Shown: positions 49,001-58,692, numbered from the stretch's first letter. The stretch: 64,000 bases of DNA from Verrucomicrobiota bacterium (GCA_021413925.1 JAIOPL010000002.1:9655-73654), one strand, 5' to 3'. Made by a program: numbers and translations. Notes: generated from the letters alone by a model not told the origin.

Positions 49001-52000
49001 CCATCTCCGCGCTTGATGTCGGTATCGAGAGGGGGAGCCTGATCGATGTCTCGGCGGGTGCATGGGTTGGGTCGGATGCCTCGGTTAAGGTCGGTTCAGG
49101 GGGAAGTATCTTGATCGAGGGTGGTCAGGATCTTGAAGTCAAGACCATCCGCGATGGCTCCCTCATGCTGGCCGGGCAACTTCGCGGTTTTGGCGGGGTT
49201 GGCTCCCGATCAGGAGAACTCTCCATCAAGGCACCGGCCATCCAGATCGGTGGTATTACGGGTGACGGTCGAATCCTGATGCTAAACCCCTCCTTTTTCA
49301 GCGCCGGTGGGTTCTCTCTTTTCAACCTCAAGGGTATCGGCTTTGAGGCGGGATCGGGAAGTGCCGATGAGGAGATCCCCGGTATCCGCGTCGCTTCCGG
49401 AGCGGTGGTGAATCCGGTGGTAAGAAACGTTCTCTACCGCTCCACCACCGGCTTCAGCGAGATGCAGATGCCCTCCGGGATATCACCCGCTGTTAACCTG
49501 AAGCTAATCGCCCAAGGTTTGGTGGATCCCAAGGCGACCGTTTCTCCCGGATATGTGGTGAGGGGTAAGGTCGCCATCGACGAGGGTGCTGTCATCAATC
49601 TCTCCCCATCGATTGCTCTCCCTGCAAGGACATCGACAACGCCGGTCGCCACCACAGGTTCGCTTTCTGTGGAAGGGAAATTGATCAATCTGGCAGGAAC
49701 CCTTTCCGTCCCGGGTGGGGCGATCTCAATCAAGGGTGACGTACGCTTCCCGGAGAATCTCAGCTCTGATCCCGACATGGCCTACGCGACGGTGCAGATC
49801 GGAAGTGGGGCGCGAATCAGTGCCGCAGGAACCGCACTCTTCATGCCCGACCCGCTCGGACTGGGGCGTAGGCTGGGAGCGGTCCTCGAAGGCGGGGATG
49901 TTTACTTGGAGGGAAATCTCCAACTCAAGAATGGATCAGTGCTTGATGTCTCGGGTACGTCGGCTAACCGATTTGTCGCCTCGGGGTTGTCCCGTGCCCG
50001 TGGCGGAGACCTGACGGTTCAGAGTTCCGGTGGCAGCATCACTCTCACCGGCGGCCAGTTGTTGGAGAGTCAGGGAACCTTGCTCGGGAGGGCGGGTGGC
50101 GCATCAGCCCTCGGAGGGACTCTCTCGGTCAGTTCCGGGAGATTCTATAACCTCAACAACCCCGCCGAGCAGATTGCCGACCCCCGGGATGTGAACCTGA
50201 TCATCACCCAAGGCCTCCAGGGTCTTGGCGCAAGGATCGTGGCCGATCGGAATGCGAAGATCTCGTCCAAGGGATACTTGGCCGCTGATTCAGCAAATAC
50301 CGGAGGATTCGAGAACCTGACACTCGGCGGTAATGTGGAATTCTCAGGTCCCGTCTCGATCACTCTTCCCGGGAGTCTCCGAGTGGCTTCAGGGGGAACA
50401 ATAAGCGCCGATTCGCCCGTGACGCTCAAAGCCGGCCATGCGGCGCTTGGAAGTTCCATGGTTGGAGCCAGAACACCGGGTGACACGAAGCTAAGCAAGG
50501 CATTCGGTGGTGACAGTGACCCGTATGTTGGTCCCTCCGGTGGGAATGGCTCCCTGCAAGTCGAGGCGCGCCTGATCGAGATCGGCAATCTGCTCCTGGC
50601 AAATCTCTCCTCGGCTTCCTTCCTGGCGTCGGGAGGAATCATCCGGGGTGATGGTATGGTCAACATTGCGGGAAACCTGATTCTTCGTGCCGCCCAGATT
50701 CACCCCGTGACCGCATCACGCATGACCTTTGCCGCCTATGATCCCTCCCAAGGAAAAGGATCGATTCTGGTGGAACAATCAGGTGGACCGCTCTCACTAC
50801 CCCTCTCCGCAGGAGGAGAGTTGAGTCTGTATGCTTCCACCATCACCCAGAACGGGACGCTTCTCTCCCCCTTCGGAACCATCAATCTCGGGTGGGACGG
50901 GACGGGTACTTCACCAAGGGATCCTGTGAGTGGAGCGGGGATCCGTGTCGGCGTTTCTGTCCCAGTCACGGAAACCCTCACGATGGGGTCTTCAGGCAAG
51001 ACTAGCATCTCCGCCATCGATCCGCTCAGCGGAGCCGGCGTTACTATACCCTACGGCATCATCATCAACGGAACCCAGTGGATCGACCCGACAGGCGTCG
51101 ATATCGCCTCCGTGGGGTTGCCCTCCAAGGGAGTGAATCTCTCCGCCCTCTCGGTGAACACTCTCGGTGGTTCCTCGATCGATCTGCGCGGAGGCGGGGA
51201 ACTTGCGGCCTTCCAGTGGATCAGTGGCCTGAAGGGCACACGGGACATCGCGGGCCCCTCCTCGGGAAGCTACGCAATTCTTCCTTCGTTCGGATCGGAA
51301 TTTATCCCCGTGGCCAACTTTGCGGACCGCTCGCGCACGGGCGGCGATCCCGGATATCTCTCGACTTCGCTTGCAATCGGAGACCGGATCACCCTGGCGG
51401 GGGGATCCGGCCTCCCTGCCGGCACCTACACGCTCCTTCCCGCTCGTTATGCGCTCTATCCCGGAGGCTTCCTGATCACACCGACCGGCATGGCCCAGGA
51501 GAGGAATCCTGCAAGCTGGCAGATGCCGGACGGCACCGGCATGGTGGCGGGTATCCGCTACAACGACACGCGGGGTGGACGCCCTGTCCAGGATGTGACC
51601 GAGCTTTACGAGATCACTTCCCCTTCGCTCCTCGCCCAGAGTGCGGACTATCGACTCCTAAAAGCTTCGGAATCACTCCCCAAGACGCCCTCGGCAAAAC
51701 CCGTGATTGATGCCGGTCGACTGGTAATCAAATCCACGGGGGCGATGAATCTTCTAGGTGGGGTTCAAGGCGCGGGGGGGGCGGGAGGTCGGGGATCCTC
51801 CATCGACATCAGCAGTTCCAAAGATTTCCAGATCGGAGGCAATGCCTCTGCTGGAACGATCGCCCTGAATGCGGCGGCCTTGAGTTCTTGGAATGCGGGC
51901 AGCCTGCTGATCGGAGGAATCAGGAGCATCACATCGACCGGAATCTCAATCACCCCGGGCACCTCTAGGATCATTGTTGACAATGCAGGGACTCCCCTCA

Positions 52001-55000
52001 CGGCAACAGACCTCATTCTGGCCGCGAAGGACGGCATTATTTTCAAGGGAAACGCTGTTATTTCCTCCACTGGTTCCGGCGCCGCCTCCAGAATTGACGT
52101 CAAGGGGAACGGGGCGGTGGTGAGAATCAGTTCCGATCGCTCGGCCACGGTGACCAGAACGGAATCTGACAAGGGGGCAACCGTTACCGGTTACGAGATC
52201 GGCAATGGGGCGCGCATCAATGGTGGATCGATCATCCTTGATTCCTCCGCGCGTGGATTCATCTCCGATAGTGCCGTGCTTTCCGCGGATACCTATGGCA
52301 TTGCCGCGGGAAGTATCGTGGTGGGATTTGATGGAACGAAACGTGAAGGGGCTCTAAACCTCGTTGGGACGACGCTCGAAAAGTTATCCTCAGCAAAAAA
52401 AGTCGACCTCACAAGTTACGGGTCGATGGAGTTTCTGGGTGGGGGCGTGTTCGGATCCGACGCCACGGAATCGATCTCACTGAATGCCGGGGCTATCTTG
52501 GGAACCGGGATTGGCAACGGCATCGTCTCACTGAATGCCGGGACCATACTTCTGGGGAACATTGCGGGGGCTTTGCGCGCACCCTTGATGGCAAAAGCCG
52601 AAGATGGATCCCCACTCACGCCGTCAGGTACCCTTGAACTTAACGCCCGGACGATTCGGATCGGGGAAAACGATCTTTCCCTGGATCGTTTTTCTTATGT
52701 CTCGTTGAACGCTTCCGGAGTTCTGGCGGCAAGCGGAAAAGGTGGACTCCATGCCGGCACAACGCCGATGAATTACACGACAATGGCCGGGGATAGTCTG
52801 GAAACACTAGCGGAAACCTACGGGGTGACGACCGAGGTGATGGTCGCTCTGAATCGGGATGTTCTTTCGGGACAGGATCTCCAAGCCTTGTCGGGAGGGC
52901 TTCCTATCCTGATATCCCAAACGACCGACCTTTTTATCACCACTCCCTTTGTCACGGGTATTCAGGGTGCCAAAACAATGATTGCCTCGTCGGGTGGGAT
53001 GCGTTTGATGGCACCGGATCCCGAATATATGACTCAATCATCCGTGACGCTGGGTCTGGGATCCAAGTTGACGCTTCAGGGTTCATCCCTCTCCATCAAC
53101 ACATCGATCATGCTGCCGAGCGGGGAACTTGCCGCGCGGGCAACGGCAGGTGACCTCATCATCGGAACCGCAGGAGTGGCCTCGCTCAATGTAGGCGGCG
53201 CCTCCAAGACGATCAACTCCGTGACGCAGTTCACGGATGCCGGCAGCATGGAATTCTCCTCTGCTGGCGGGGATGTGATCATTGGTCAGCAGGCGAAACT
53301 CATGCTGAATGCAGCGGCGAAAGGGTCGTCCGGGTCATTGGCGATCCTGACACCTTCGCTTGCCGATGCCGTATCAGGCAGGGAGGAAGGGCGTCTTGTT
53401 TTAGAGGATGGAGCTGTTATTCAAGCTCTTGCTGGCTCTGGCGGTGAAGGAGGATCGCTGAAGCTGGATCTCGGTGAACTTGCCTCAACCTCGGAGCTTG
53501 GTTTTGGAAGGACTGAGGAAGGAGAAGTGATTGGTATGTCCGACGCGGGATTCACCAAATCGATTGACCTGAGGGTTCGCACCGGGGATTTGGCGATCGA
53601 CAACTACCTTGTGAACCGAAACGTTGCCATCACGGCGGATCATGGATCAATCACCGTAACTCCTGACGGAGTCATCGATGCCTCGGGGAAGACGGGAGGA
53701 AGGATCGCCCTGCAGGCATCGGGCAGTGTGATCCTGATGCCCAATTCAGCCCTGACGGTTCGTGGCGAGACCTATGATAATGCCGGTAAGGGAGGGGCGG
53801 TCTTCCTTAGCGCGGGAGCCGCAGTGGAACGGAATGAGGAGGATGGCACCACCTACCTGGACATTAACAGGGATGCTGTTCTGGATCTCCAGACGGCTTC
53901 CTCCATCGACCTCGGAGTCACGGCCCCTCAAACTCGGCGTGATCAGTTTGGGGGAACTCTTCACCTGAGAGCCCCGATCACTGCAGATCTCTCAAACATT
54001 CAGATCGGATCCTTCGATGCCACCATCACGGGAGCATCCAGCATTGCGGTCGAGGTTTACAGGACATATGACCGAACCGGGGCCTCAGGGGAGATCACAG
54101 GTGACTTGCGTTCCACCATTGCCGCCGATGCCTCCGCTTTCTTTGGTGCGCCCGGAGGGAATTCTGGCACGGCGACTGCGATCCTATCGCGCCTGATCGC
54201 CAATCAGGAAACGGCAGTCAGTGATATCCTGAACCTTGCTCCCGGCGTCGAAATCATCAACCGATCTGGAAATCTAACGCTTACGACTGACTGGGATCTA
54301 TCAAGTTTCAGGACAGGGGAGAATGGTGCGCCGGGTTTCCTGACGCTCAGAACGTCCGGGGATATCCGTTTTGAGGGAGCGCTCAGTGATGGATTCCAAA
54401 ACGCCACCTACACGGCGAATCTTATCGCACTCAACAATGCCCTACCACAAAACTTCCAATCATGGGCCTATGGGATCGGCGCTGGGTCCGATCTTGGGTC
54501 GGCATCTTCTGAAACCTCATCGAGGGGTGGTGCTGGAAGCGTCTGGATAGGGAAGACATCACTGACCGGGAATGTGGTCATTCCAGCAAATGAGCAGGGA
54601 AAAGCCCAAACTGCTGAAGCGGTCCAGGCGGGCCAGGGGTTCTTCCAAGTTATCAGGACCGGCACTGGAGACATCAGGGTAAGTTCGGCGGACAGCATTC
54701 GTCTGATGAATCAGTTTGCCACGATTTATACTGCTGGTGCTCCTGATGCCGATCAGAATTTGAATGGTTCCTTTGACGCTCCCCGTTTGGCTAATTCTTC
54801 AGGCCGACTCAATGCAAACAGCACGGTTCTCGGCAGTTCCCAACAGAGTCAGTTCGTGCCTCTTTACTCCTTTGGCGGAGGAAATATCTTCTTAAAGGCA
54901 GGTGAGAATATCGAGCACCTTCAACCGGATCCCGACTCTCCCGGTAGATTTGCGGCCGATTCTTCGCGTCAATTGCCAGTGAATTGGCTCTCCAGAAGAT

Positions 55001-57789
55001 CCGAAATCGCTCCGGAAGGGACATGGAACTCAATCAATCTGAAAGGAGAGACCGAGGCATTATCCACAACCTGGTGGGTGAATTATCCAAGTTTCTTCCA
55101 AGGAATCGGCACACTTGGAGGTGGGAACATCACAATGTTGGCAGGAGGGAATATCAGCAATGTTGATGCATCACTCCCCACCCAAGGGCGCATGACTGGA
55201 CGAGATGGGATGCGCCTGCTGGCTCCGGGTGAAAGCACCCTCGTTGAAACGGGCGGCGGTGACCTGCTGCTGCGTGCCGGAGGAAATCTGGATGCGGGCG
55301 TCTACTACACGGAGCGGGGGAACGGTGTGATCATGGCCTCCGGCGATATCGTATCCAACCCGACAAGGGATGTGTACGGGGATTACCTTCACTCCATTGT
55401 CAAAAAGGACCCCTCATTCCGTTCACCCCAACGCCAAGAATCCCTCAAGGAGGCCATCCTCCCCACCTCATTCTTCCTTGGCAAAGGATCCCTCTCGGTG
55501 ACTGCTGGCGGTGACGCTCTACTTGGGCCGGTCGGCAATGTCTTTCTACTACCCCCGGGCATCAATAACGATCTGCGCTACAAAACGTATTTCTCCAGTT
55601 ATGGGCAGGATGCTTCCTTCGCTGCCACCGCTTTGGCGGGCAATCTGACCCTGCGAACAAAGATCCTGAACGATTCGGCCTACTCAACCTGGCTCTATCA
55701 TAGCGGCATGGGAAATGCGGAAACCGCTCATCCCAAACCCGGTGTCTATCAACCCTGGTTGCTTATAGCCGAAAAAGATCCTTTGGATGCTCAATTTCGA
55801 ATACTGCCTCAGATGGCCTCCCTGCTCCCGGGCACGATGAATCTTGCGTCGCTATCAGGCGATATCAATCTCCAAGGAGATCTGACCCTCGCTCCTGCGG
55901 CTCAAGGAACACTGAACATGCTTGCCGCCGCTTCCATCAGAGGGGTTTCCCGTCAGATTCCCGGAACCGTGTGGTCCGGTTCGGTTATCAATGTCTCCGA
56001 CGCATCGCCTGAATCACTCCCGTCAGTCGTGGCGCCACGATCACAGCCGGTATCACCCAGCGGACTTGCCAATCTCCAGACGGACACCACCTACCTCGGG
56101 GCTGTCGGTGCAGCGCTTAGCGAGACCGCATCCTATACAGGCATCAATGCCATCCTCCAAGGCAAGGTGGCACGGCATGACCAGACATTGCTCCATCGCA
56201 ACGATCCTGAGCCAATCCGCATCATTGCGGGCACTGGAAGCCTCTCGGGTGTGGAGCTCTTTGCCCCGAAAAAGACGGAGATCAAGGTGGGTGGGGATCT
56301 CTACGATGTCGCCATCGCCATTCAGCATCTAACGCGATCCGATGTGAGCATCATCTCGGCAGGCGGGGAGATGCGTCTCTACGATGCCAATAATCCCGAT
56401 CTGCTTGCTGCAATTCTGGATCTAAAAAGCCTTCCGCCTGAGTATGCACGCCCACAGCCACGCAGTGGCGATATCCAGATCAGTGGACCGGGAACGCTCC
56501 AGGTGATCGCAGGCGGGAATATCGATCTCGGCACAGGTGATGTCAGAAGCGATGGAACGGGCGTTGGCGTCACCAGCATCGGAAATGCCAGAAATCCCGC
56601 ACTCCCCTTTGAGGGTGCATCGCTGATTACCATCGCAGGAGCCTCCCTGCCGGGGTCGCTCGCCGCCGCGGGTCTCACTGCTGATGGGCTCTTTGGCAAG
56701 GTTTCGGGGATGAGCAGCGCGGGTGACTATTTCAAGGAGTTGAAGAGTATGGTTCTCGGGAACTGGGAAAGTTCGATCTCCTCCAAGCTCTCAGGTATTC
56801 AGTCCGTCCAGGAACTGAAAGATGATCCTTCGCTGACTGCGGATGAGAAGAGCCGGCTCGCGCTCTCCCTTTTCTATATCGTGCTTCGCGAATCAGGGCG
56901 TGATTTCAATGATGTCGATTCCCCCACATACCGTACCTACAAGAATGGTCAGGATGCCATCGCGGCCTACCTGCCTGCGGGACAGGAGGGATCCATCGTG
57001 CTCAATTCACGCGATATCAGGACGAAAAGCGGCGGGGCAATCAGCATGCTGGCTCCGGGTGGAGGAATCACTCTCTCTCCCTTTGCCGTCAGCCAGAGCC
57101 TCACTCCGCCTGGTATCGTCACGGAAAGCGGCGGCACGGTGAACATCTATACGAAGGAGAATGTGGATATCGGCATCGGCCGCATCTTTACCCTCCGTGG
57201 AGGTGATATCATGATCTGGTCGAATCTCGGAAATATCGCCGCAGGTTCGTCGGCCAAGACCGTGGCCACGGCACCGCCCACCCGAGTTCTTCTGGATCCC
57301 CAGAGCGGCGATGTACAGACTGATCTCGCCGGATTGGCGACTGGCGGTGGAATCGGCGTGCTCGCAGCGGTGGCCGGTGTGCGTGCGGGTGATGTCGACC
57401 TGATCGCTCCGACCGGATACATCGACGCCGGTGATGCCGGTATCCGCTCGCTAGGAAATCTGAACCTCGCCGCAGAGAAGATCCTCAATGCGGATAACAT
57501 CCTTGCGGGAGGCGTGACCGTGGGCGCTCCTCCACCTGCCGCTCCCTCAGCACCGCCAGCAGCAGCACCGCCTCCAGCCGCGCCTCCGGCGGGAGCTACG
57601 GCAGCAGCCGCTGCCGGCAACAGCGCAGCCGAGAATGCGGGCGATAAGAATTCCCGTAATGATCAGGCCGAGGGAGCCCCATCGATCATTTCGGTAGAGG
57701 TGCTCGGCTACGGCGGAGGAGATGGGGATGGTGACGAGGAGAAGAAGGCCGCCAATGCCGCCGTGGCACCGGTGCAGGCGTCTCTTTAA
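46015..57789 (+). CDS. Giant TpsA / filamentous-haemagglutinin-family exoprotein
   Basis: 3924 aa with an extended signal region. The TPS domain shows 'NAYLYWKNFNVGPRTTINFDQ' and 'FNKITGNASPSSIYGKI..VYILNQNGIMFHNGSEVNV'. A long beta-helical G/S-rich body follows, then C-terminal 'GGDIMIWSNLGNIAAG...IDAGDAGIRS', a P/A linker and 'IISVEVLGYGGGDG'. Confidence 0.85.
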   Translation: MRIFHQFTEGLRRLLRRGPHAAENAPLQTRSKSRLRNSHPMIGFLALIQAVLVVFSVSSPLLAITMGEVRSGVVPGQSGGRGSASNLQNAGAASAAMTATLARQSIQRSDMAVGAMRAMQQNAAAAARAAVLAGTSVLPNGLAVNWLHPHDGFDGNGKPLTTSWRGASINAEKTGLQSSGDHNVEITQSEQNAYLYWKNFNVGPRTTINFDQSKGGADAGKWIAFNKITGNASPSSIYGKITAQGQVYILNQNGIMFHNGSEVNVHALVASTLPINPYFAGDPMNGIEGRGLLNNTDYQFLFSALKLSSSQNYPESWDPGNGTPIAASAIGGLKVEKGALISTAKPNGGTGGRVMLVGPNVQNDGTISTPDGQTILAAGLQVGVNAHPSSDPSLRGLDVYIGRVVDDADKTAGKSFSTDQSGTRVGTVVNNGLIEMPRGHAAMVGRDLIQNGIIESSTSVTLNGRVDLQAVYNAVVPVSTGFSPYWYDQTLPGGTTGSILLGSSGMIRILPETSSAETLPGTKVSLSSMIAMMGNSVRAEGGSIVLAPGAKPITGDATENIYYDMTRSARNPSGDSSSVPARLESGISITAGNWYRPATQQFGMFVTGAVGTSAEGKITLDPGSLISVAGSTGTEIDGARNFQTIELRGPELADFPLQRESVFRGKKITIDTRITGTFEGRDWVGTPLGNAAGYVSLIGKTAGELTADGGSIALRAGDRVDVGRGAVLDVSGGWVRFSETTYATTKLLFNGLPIDISKATPDMVYERVVENAGSMTEIPYYEGGSGGSLTIQAPRMSLEGTMRGGVVTGARQLRSVSGDMHLPDPASLNLAILQSRIYSGASLVPDSPYAPQLVIGSAGSSASGVINQIRLDSGIFGSGGFGHLSVLNHDGSILLPRGVSLDLGPAGSVNLLASSLAIDGTVSAPGGRISLSAYNVSYDDLILLDGANSSRFKAYDSTGIIRIGSSSILSTRGLVANDFTDRSLAGTVMLDGGSVSISALDVGIERGSLIDVSAGAWVGSDASVKVGSGGSILIEGGQDLEVKTIRDGSLMLAGQLRGFGGVGSRSGELSIKAPAIQIGGITGDGRILMLNPSFFSAGGFSLFNLKGIGFEAGSGSADEEIPGIRVASGAVVNPVVRNVLYRSTTGFSEMQMPSGISPAVNLKLIAQGLVDPKATVSPGYVVRGKVAIDEGAVINLSPSIALPARTSTTPVATTGSLSVEGKLINLAGTLSVPGGAISIKGDVRFPENLSSDPDMAYATVQIGSGARISAAGTALFMPDPLGLGRRLGAVLEGGDVYLEGNLQLKNGSVLDVSGTSANRFVASGLSRARGGDLTVQSSGGSITLTGGQLLESQGTLLGRAGGASALGGTLSVSSGRFYNLNNPAEQIADPRDVNLIITQGLQGLGARIVADRNAKISSKGYLAADSANTGGFENLTLGGNVEFSGPVSITLPGSLRVASGGTISADSPVTLKAGHAALGSSMVGARTPGDTKLSKAFGGDSDPYVGPSGGNGSLQVEARLIEIGNLLLANLSSASFLASGGIIRGDGMVNIAGNLILRAAQIHPVTASRMTFAAYDPSQGKGSILVEQSGGPLSLPLSAGGELSLYASTITQNGTLLSPFGTINLGWDGTGTSPRDPVSGAGIRVGVSVPVTETLTMGSSGKTSISAIDPLSGAGVTIPYGIIINGTQWIDPTGVDIASVGLPSKGVNLSALSVNTLGGSSIDLRGGGELAAFQWISGLKGTRDIAGPSSGSYAILPSFGSEFIPVANFADRSRTGGDPGYLSTSLAIGDRITLAGGSGLPAGTYTLLPARYALYPGGFLITPTGMAQERNPASWQMPDGTGMVAGIRYNDTRGGRPVQDVTELYEITSPSLLAQSADYRLLKASESLPKTPSAKPVIDAGRLVIKSTGAMNLLGGVQGAGGAGGRGSSIDISSSKDFQIGGNASAGTIALNAAALSSWNAGSLLIGGIRSITSTGISITPGTSRIIVDNAGTPLTATDLILAAKDGIIFKGNAVISSTGSGAASRIDVKGNGAVVRISSDRSATVTRTESDKGATVTGYEIGNGARINGGSIILDSSARGFISDSAVLSADTYGIAAGSIVVGFDGTKREGALNLVGTTLEKLSSAKKVDLTSYGSMEFLGGGVFGSDATESISLNAGAILGTGIGNGIVSLNAGTILLGNIAGALRAPLMAKAEDGSPLTPSGTLELNARTIRIGENDLSLDRFSYVSLNASGVLAASGKGGLHAGTTPMNYTTMAGDSLETLAETYGVTTEVMVALNRDVLSGQDLQALSGGLPILISQTTDLFITTPFVTGIQGAKTMIASSGGMRLMAPDPEYMTQSSVTLGLGSKLTLQGSSLSINTSIMLPSGELAARATAGDLIIGTAGVASLNVGGASKTINSVTQFTDAGSMEFSSAGGDVIIGQQAKLMLNAAAKGSSGSLAILTPSLADAVSGREEGRLVLEDGAVIQALAGSGGEGGSLKLDLGELASTSELGFGRTEEGEVIGMSDAGFTKSIDLRVRTGDLAIDNYLVNRNVAITADHGSITVTPDGVIDASGKTGGRIALQASGSVILMPNSALTVRGETYDNAGKGGAVFLSAGAAVERNEEDGTTYLDINRDAVLDLQTASSIDLGVTAPQTRRDQFGGTLHLRAPITADLSNIQIGSFDATITGASSIAVEVYRTYDRTGASGEITGDLRSTIAADASAFFGAPGGNSGTATAILSRLIANQETAVSDILNLAPGVEIINRSGNLTLTTDWDLSSFRTGENGAPGFLTLRTSGDIRFEGALSDGFQNATYTANLIALNNALPQNFQSWAYGIGAGSDLGSASSETSSRGGAGSVWIGKTSLTGNVVIPANEQGKAQTAEAVQAGQGFFQVIRTGTGDIRVSSADSIRLMNQFATIYTAGAPDADQNLNGSFDAPRLANSSGRLNANSTVLGSSQQSQFVPLYSFGGGNIFLKAGENIEHLQPDPDSPGRFAADSSRQLPVNWLSRRSEIAPEGTWNSINLKGETEALSTTWWVNYPSFFQGIGTLGGGNITMLAGGNISNVDASLPTQGRMTGRDGMRLLAPGESTLVETGGGDLLLRAGGNLDAGVYYTERGNGVIMASGDIVSNPTRDVYGDYLHSIVKKDPSFRSPQRQESLKEAILPTSFFLGKGSLSVTAGGDALLGPVGNVFLLPPGINNDLRYKTYFSSYGQDASFAATALAGNLTLRTKILNDSAYSTWLYHSGMGNAETAHPKPGVYQPWLLIAEKDPLDAQFRILPQMASLLPGTMNLASLSGDINLQGDLTLAPAAQGTLNMLAAASIRGVSRQIPGTVWSGSVINVSDASPESLPSVVAPRSQPVSPSGLANLQTDTTYLGAVGAALSETASYTGINAILQGKVARHDQTLLHRNDPEPIRIIAGTGSLSGVELFAPKKTEIKVGGDLYDVAIAIQHLTRSDVSIISAGGEMRLYDANNPDLLAAILDLKSLPPEYARPQPRSGDIQISGPGTLQVIAGGNIDLGTGDVRSDGTGVGVTSIGNARNPALPFEGASLITIAGASLPGSLAAAGLTADGLFGKVSGMSSAGDYFKELKSMVLGNWESSISSKLSGIQSVQELKDDPSLTADEKSRLALSLFYIVLRESGRDFNDVDSPTYRTYKNGQDAIAAYLPAGQEGSIVLNSRDIRTKSGGAISMLAPGGGITLSPFAVSQSLTPPGIVTESGGTVNIYTKENVDIGIGRIFTLRGGDIMIWSNLGNIAAGSSAKTVATAPPTRVLLDPQSGDVQTDLAGLATGGGIGVLAAVAGVRAGDVDLIAPTGYIDAGDAGIRSLGNLNLAAEKILNADNILAGGVTVGAPPPAAPSAPPAAAPPPAAPPAGATAAAAAGNSAAENAGDKNSRNDQAEGAPSIISVEVLGYGGGDGDGDEEKKAANAAVAPVQASL

Positions 57790-57887
57790 AAGCTGACACT
57801 CTAAAAAGCTGAAATGCTGAAATGGTGAGAAGTTGACATGCTGACAGGGAGAGATGCTGAAAAACTAAAAAGCTGACAGGCTGACAT
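57790..57887 (+). repeat. GCTGACA/GCTGAAA word array (left arm of the four-helix-bundle cassette)
   Basis: Four GCTGACA and three GCTGAAA words lie on the + strand. Confidence 0.8.
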
Positions 57888-57931
57888 TACTAAGTGCTGG
57901 CATGAGGACATCTTGAAAAGGGAGCCTGATC

Positions 57932-58294
57932 TTACAGTGTTCGTCGAGTTTTTGAGGTCATGGTGACGAAGATGGCTATCAACTGGGATATCTCCCGGTG
58001 AGTTTCTAAAATAATATTCCTTTCGATGTGACAATCTTCTCGAAGTAGCTCCAACCAAACCAGCGACTCGTCGGCCTCTTGTAATAGACCATCCAATTTG
58101 GAGCAGAATTCAGCATCTGATCGGGATCTGGATGCCTCCCTGGCATGAGCGGCTATGGAAGTTCCGGATCTCAGAAGCTGATGACCGATGACTTCAACCT
58201 CTCGGCGATTCTTTGGGAGATCGACATAGATTCTGATCACTTTAGAGGCGACAGCTTTCGTCCTGACCCTTAAATCTTCGGATAAACGACTCAT
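57932..58294 (-). CDS. Four-helix-bundle protein (23S rRNA intervening-sequence protein / Avd-like family)
   Basis: 120 aa with 'GHQLLRSGTSIAAHAREASRSRSDAEFCSKL' and 'EADESLVWLELL', typical of this family. Confidence 0.8.
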   Translation of the reverse strand: MSRLSEDLRVRTKAVASKVIRIYVDLPKNRREVEVIGHQLLRSGTSIAAHAREASRSRSDAEFCSKLDGLLQEADESLVWLELLREDCHIERNIILETHREISQLIAIFVTMTSKTRRTL

Positions 58295-58348
58295 TAATCT
58301 CTATCAAACCTGCTTTGCACTTTGTCAATGGAACTACTCCCTTTTTAG

Positions 58349-58423
58349 TATGTCATCTTGTCATCTTGTCTGTATGTCAGCATGCCTGCATGTCAGCATG
58401 TCAGTATATCTGTATGTCAGCAT
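58349..58423 (+). repeat. TGTCAGC/TGTCATC word array (right arm, inverted relative to left arm)
   Basis: Three TGTCAGC, one TGTCAGT and two TGTCATC words lie on the + strand; TGTCAGC is the reverse complement of the left-arm word GCTGACA. Confidence 0.8.
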
Positions 58424-58485
58424 TTTAGTTCGTGTGTAGGCTGAATAGCCCTTGAAATATTTGTATAGCGGATTATTATACGACT

Positions 58486-58692
58486 ATGCTTGCTATACGA
58501 CTAGATCCCGAAATTGAAAATCGGCTAGCTGTTCTAGCTGAAAGAACAGGCCGCACCAAGACCTTCTATGCCCGGGAAGCGATCTTGGAGCACCTAGAAG
58601 ATCTAGAAGACATCTATATGGCTAAGAAGGTTCTGGCAGAAGGCGGACGAACCTATTCCTTGCAAGAAATCAAAGATGAACTGGGAGTGTGA
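58486..58692 (+). CDS. relB: Ribbon-helix-helix antitoxin (RelB/CopG-like)
   Basis: Translation 'MLAIRLDPEIENRLAVLAERTGRTKTFYAREAILEHLEDLED'. It overlaps the downstream RelE-type gene. Confidence 0.8.
   Translation: MLAIRLDPEIENRLAVLAERTGRTKTFYAREAILEHLEDLEDIYMAKKVLAEGGRTYSLQEIKDELGV

Noticed and set aside
57932-58294. Four-helix-bundle (Avd-like) gene next to the 3' end of a giant surface protein gene, considered as part of a diversity-generating retroelement.
   Set aside because: There is no reverse transcriptase ORF anywhere in the window. I could find no template/variable repeat pair with adenine-specific differences. The tpsA C-terminus is a P/A-rich acidic tail, not a C-type-lectin or Ig-like variable domain.
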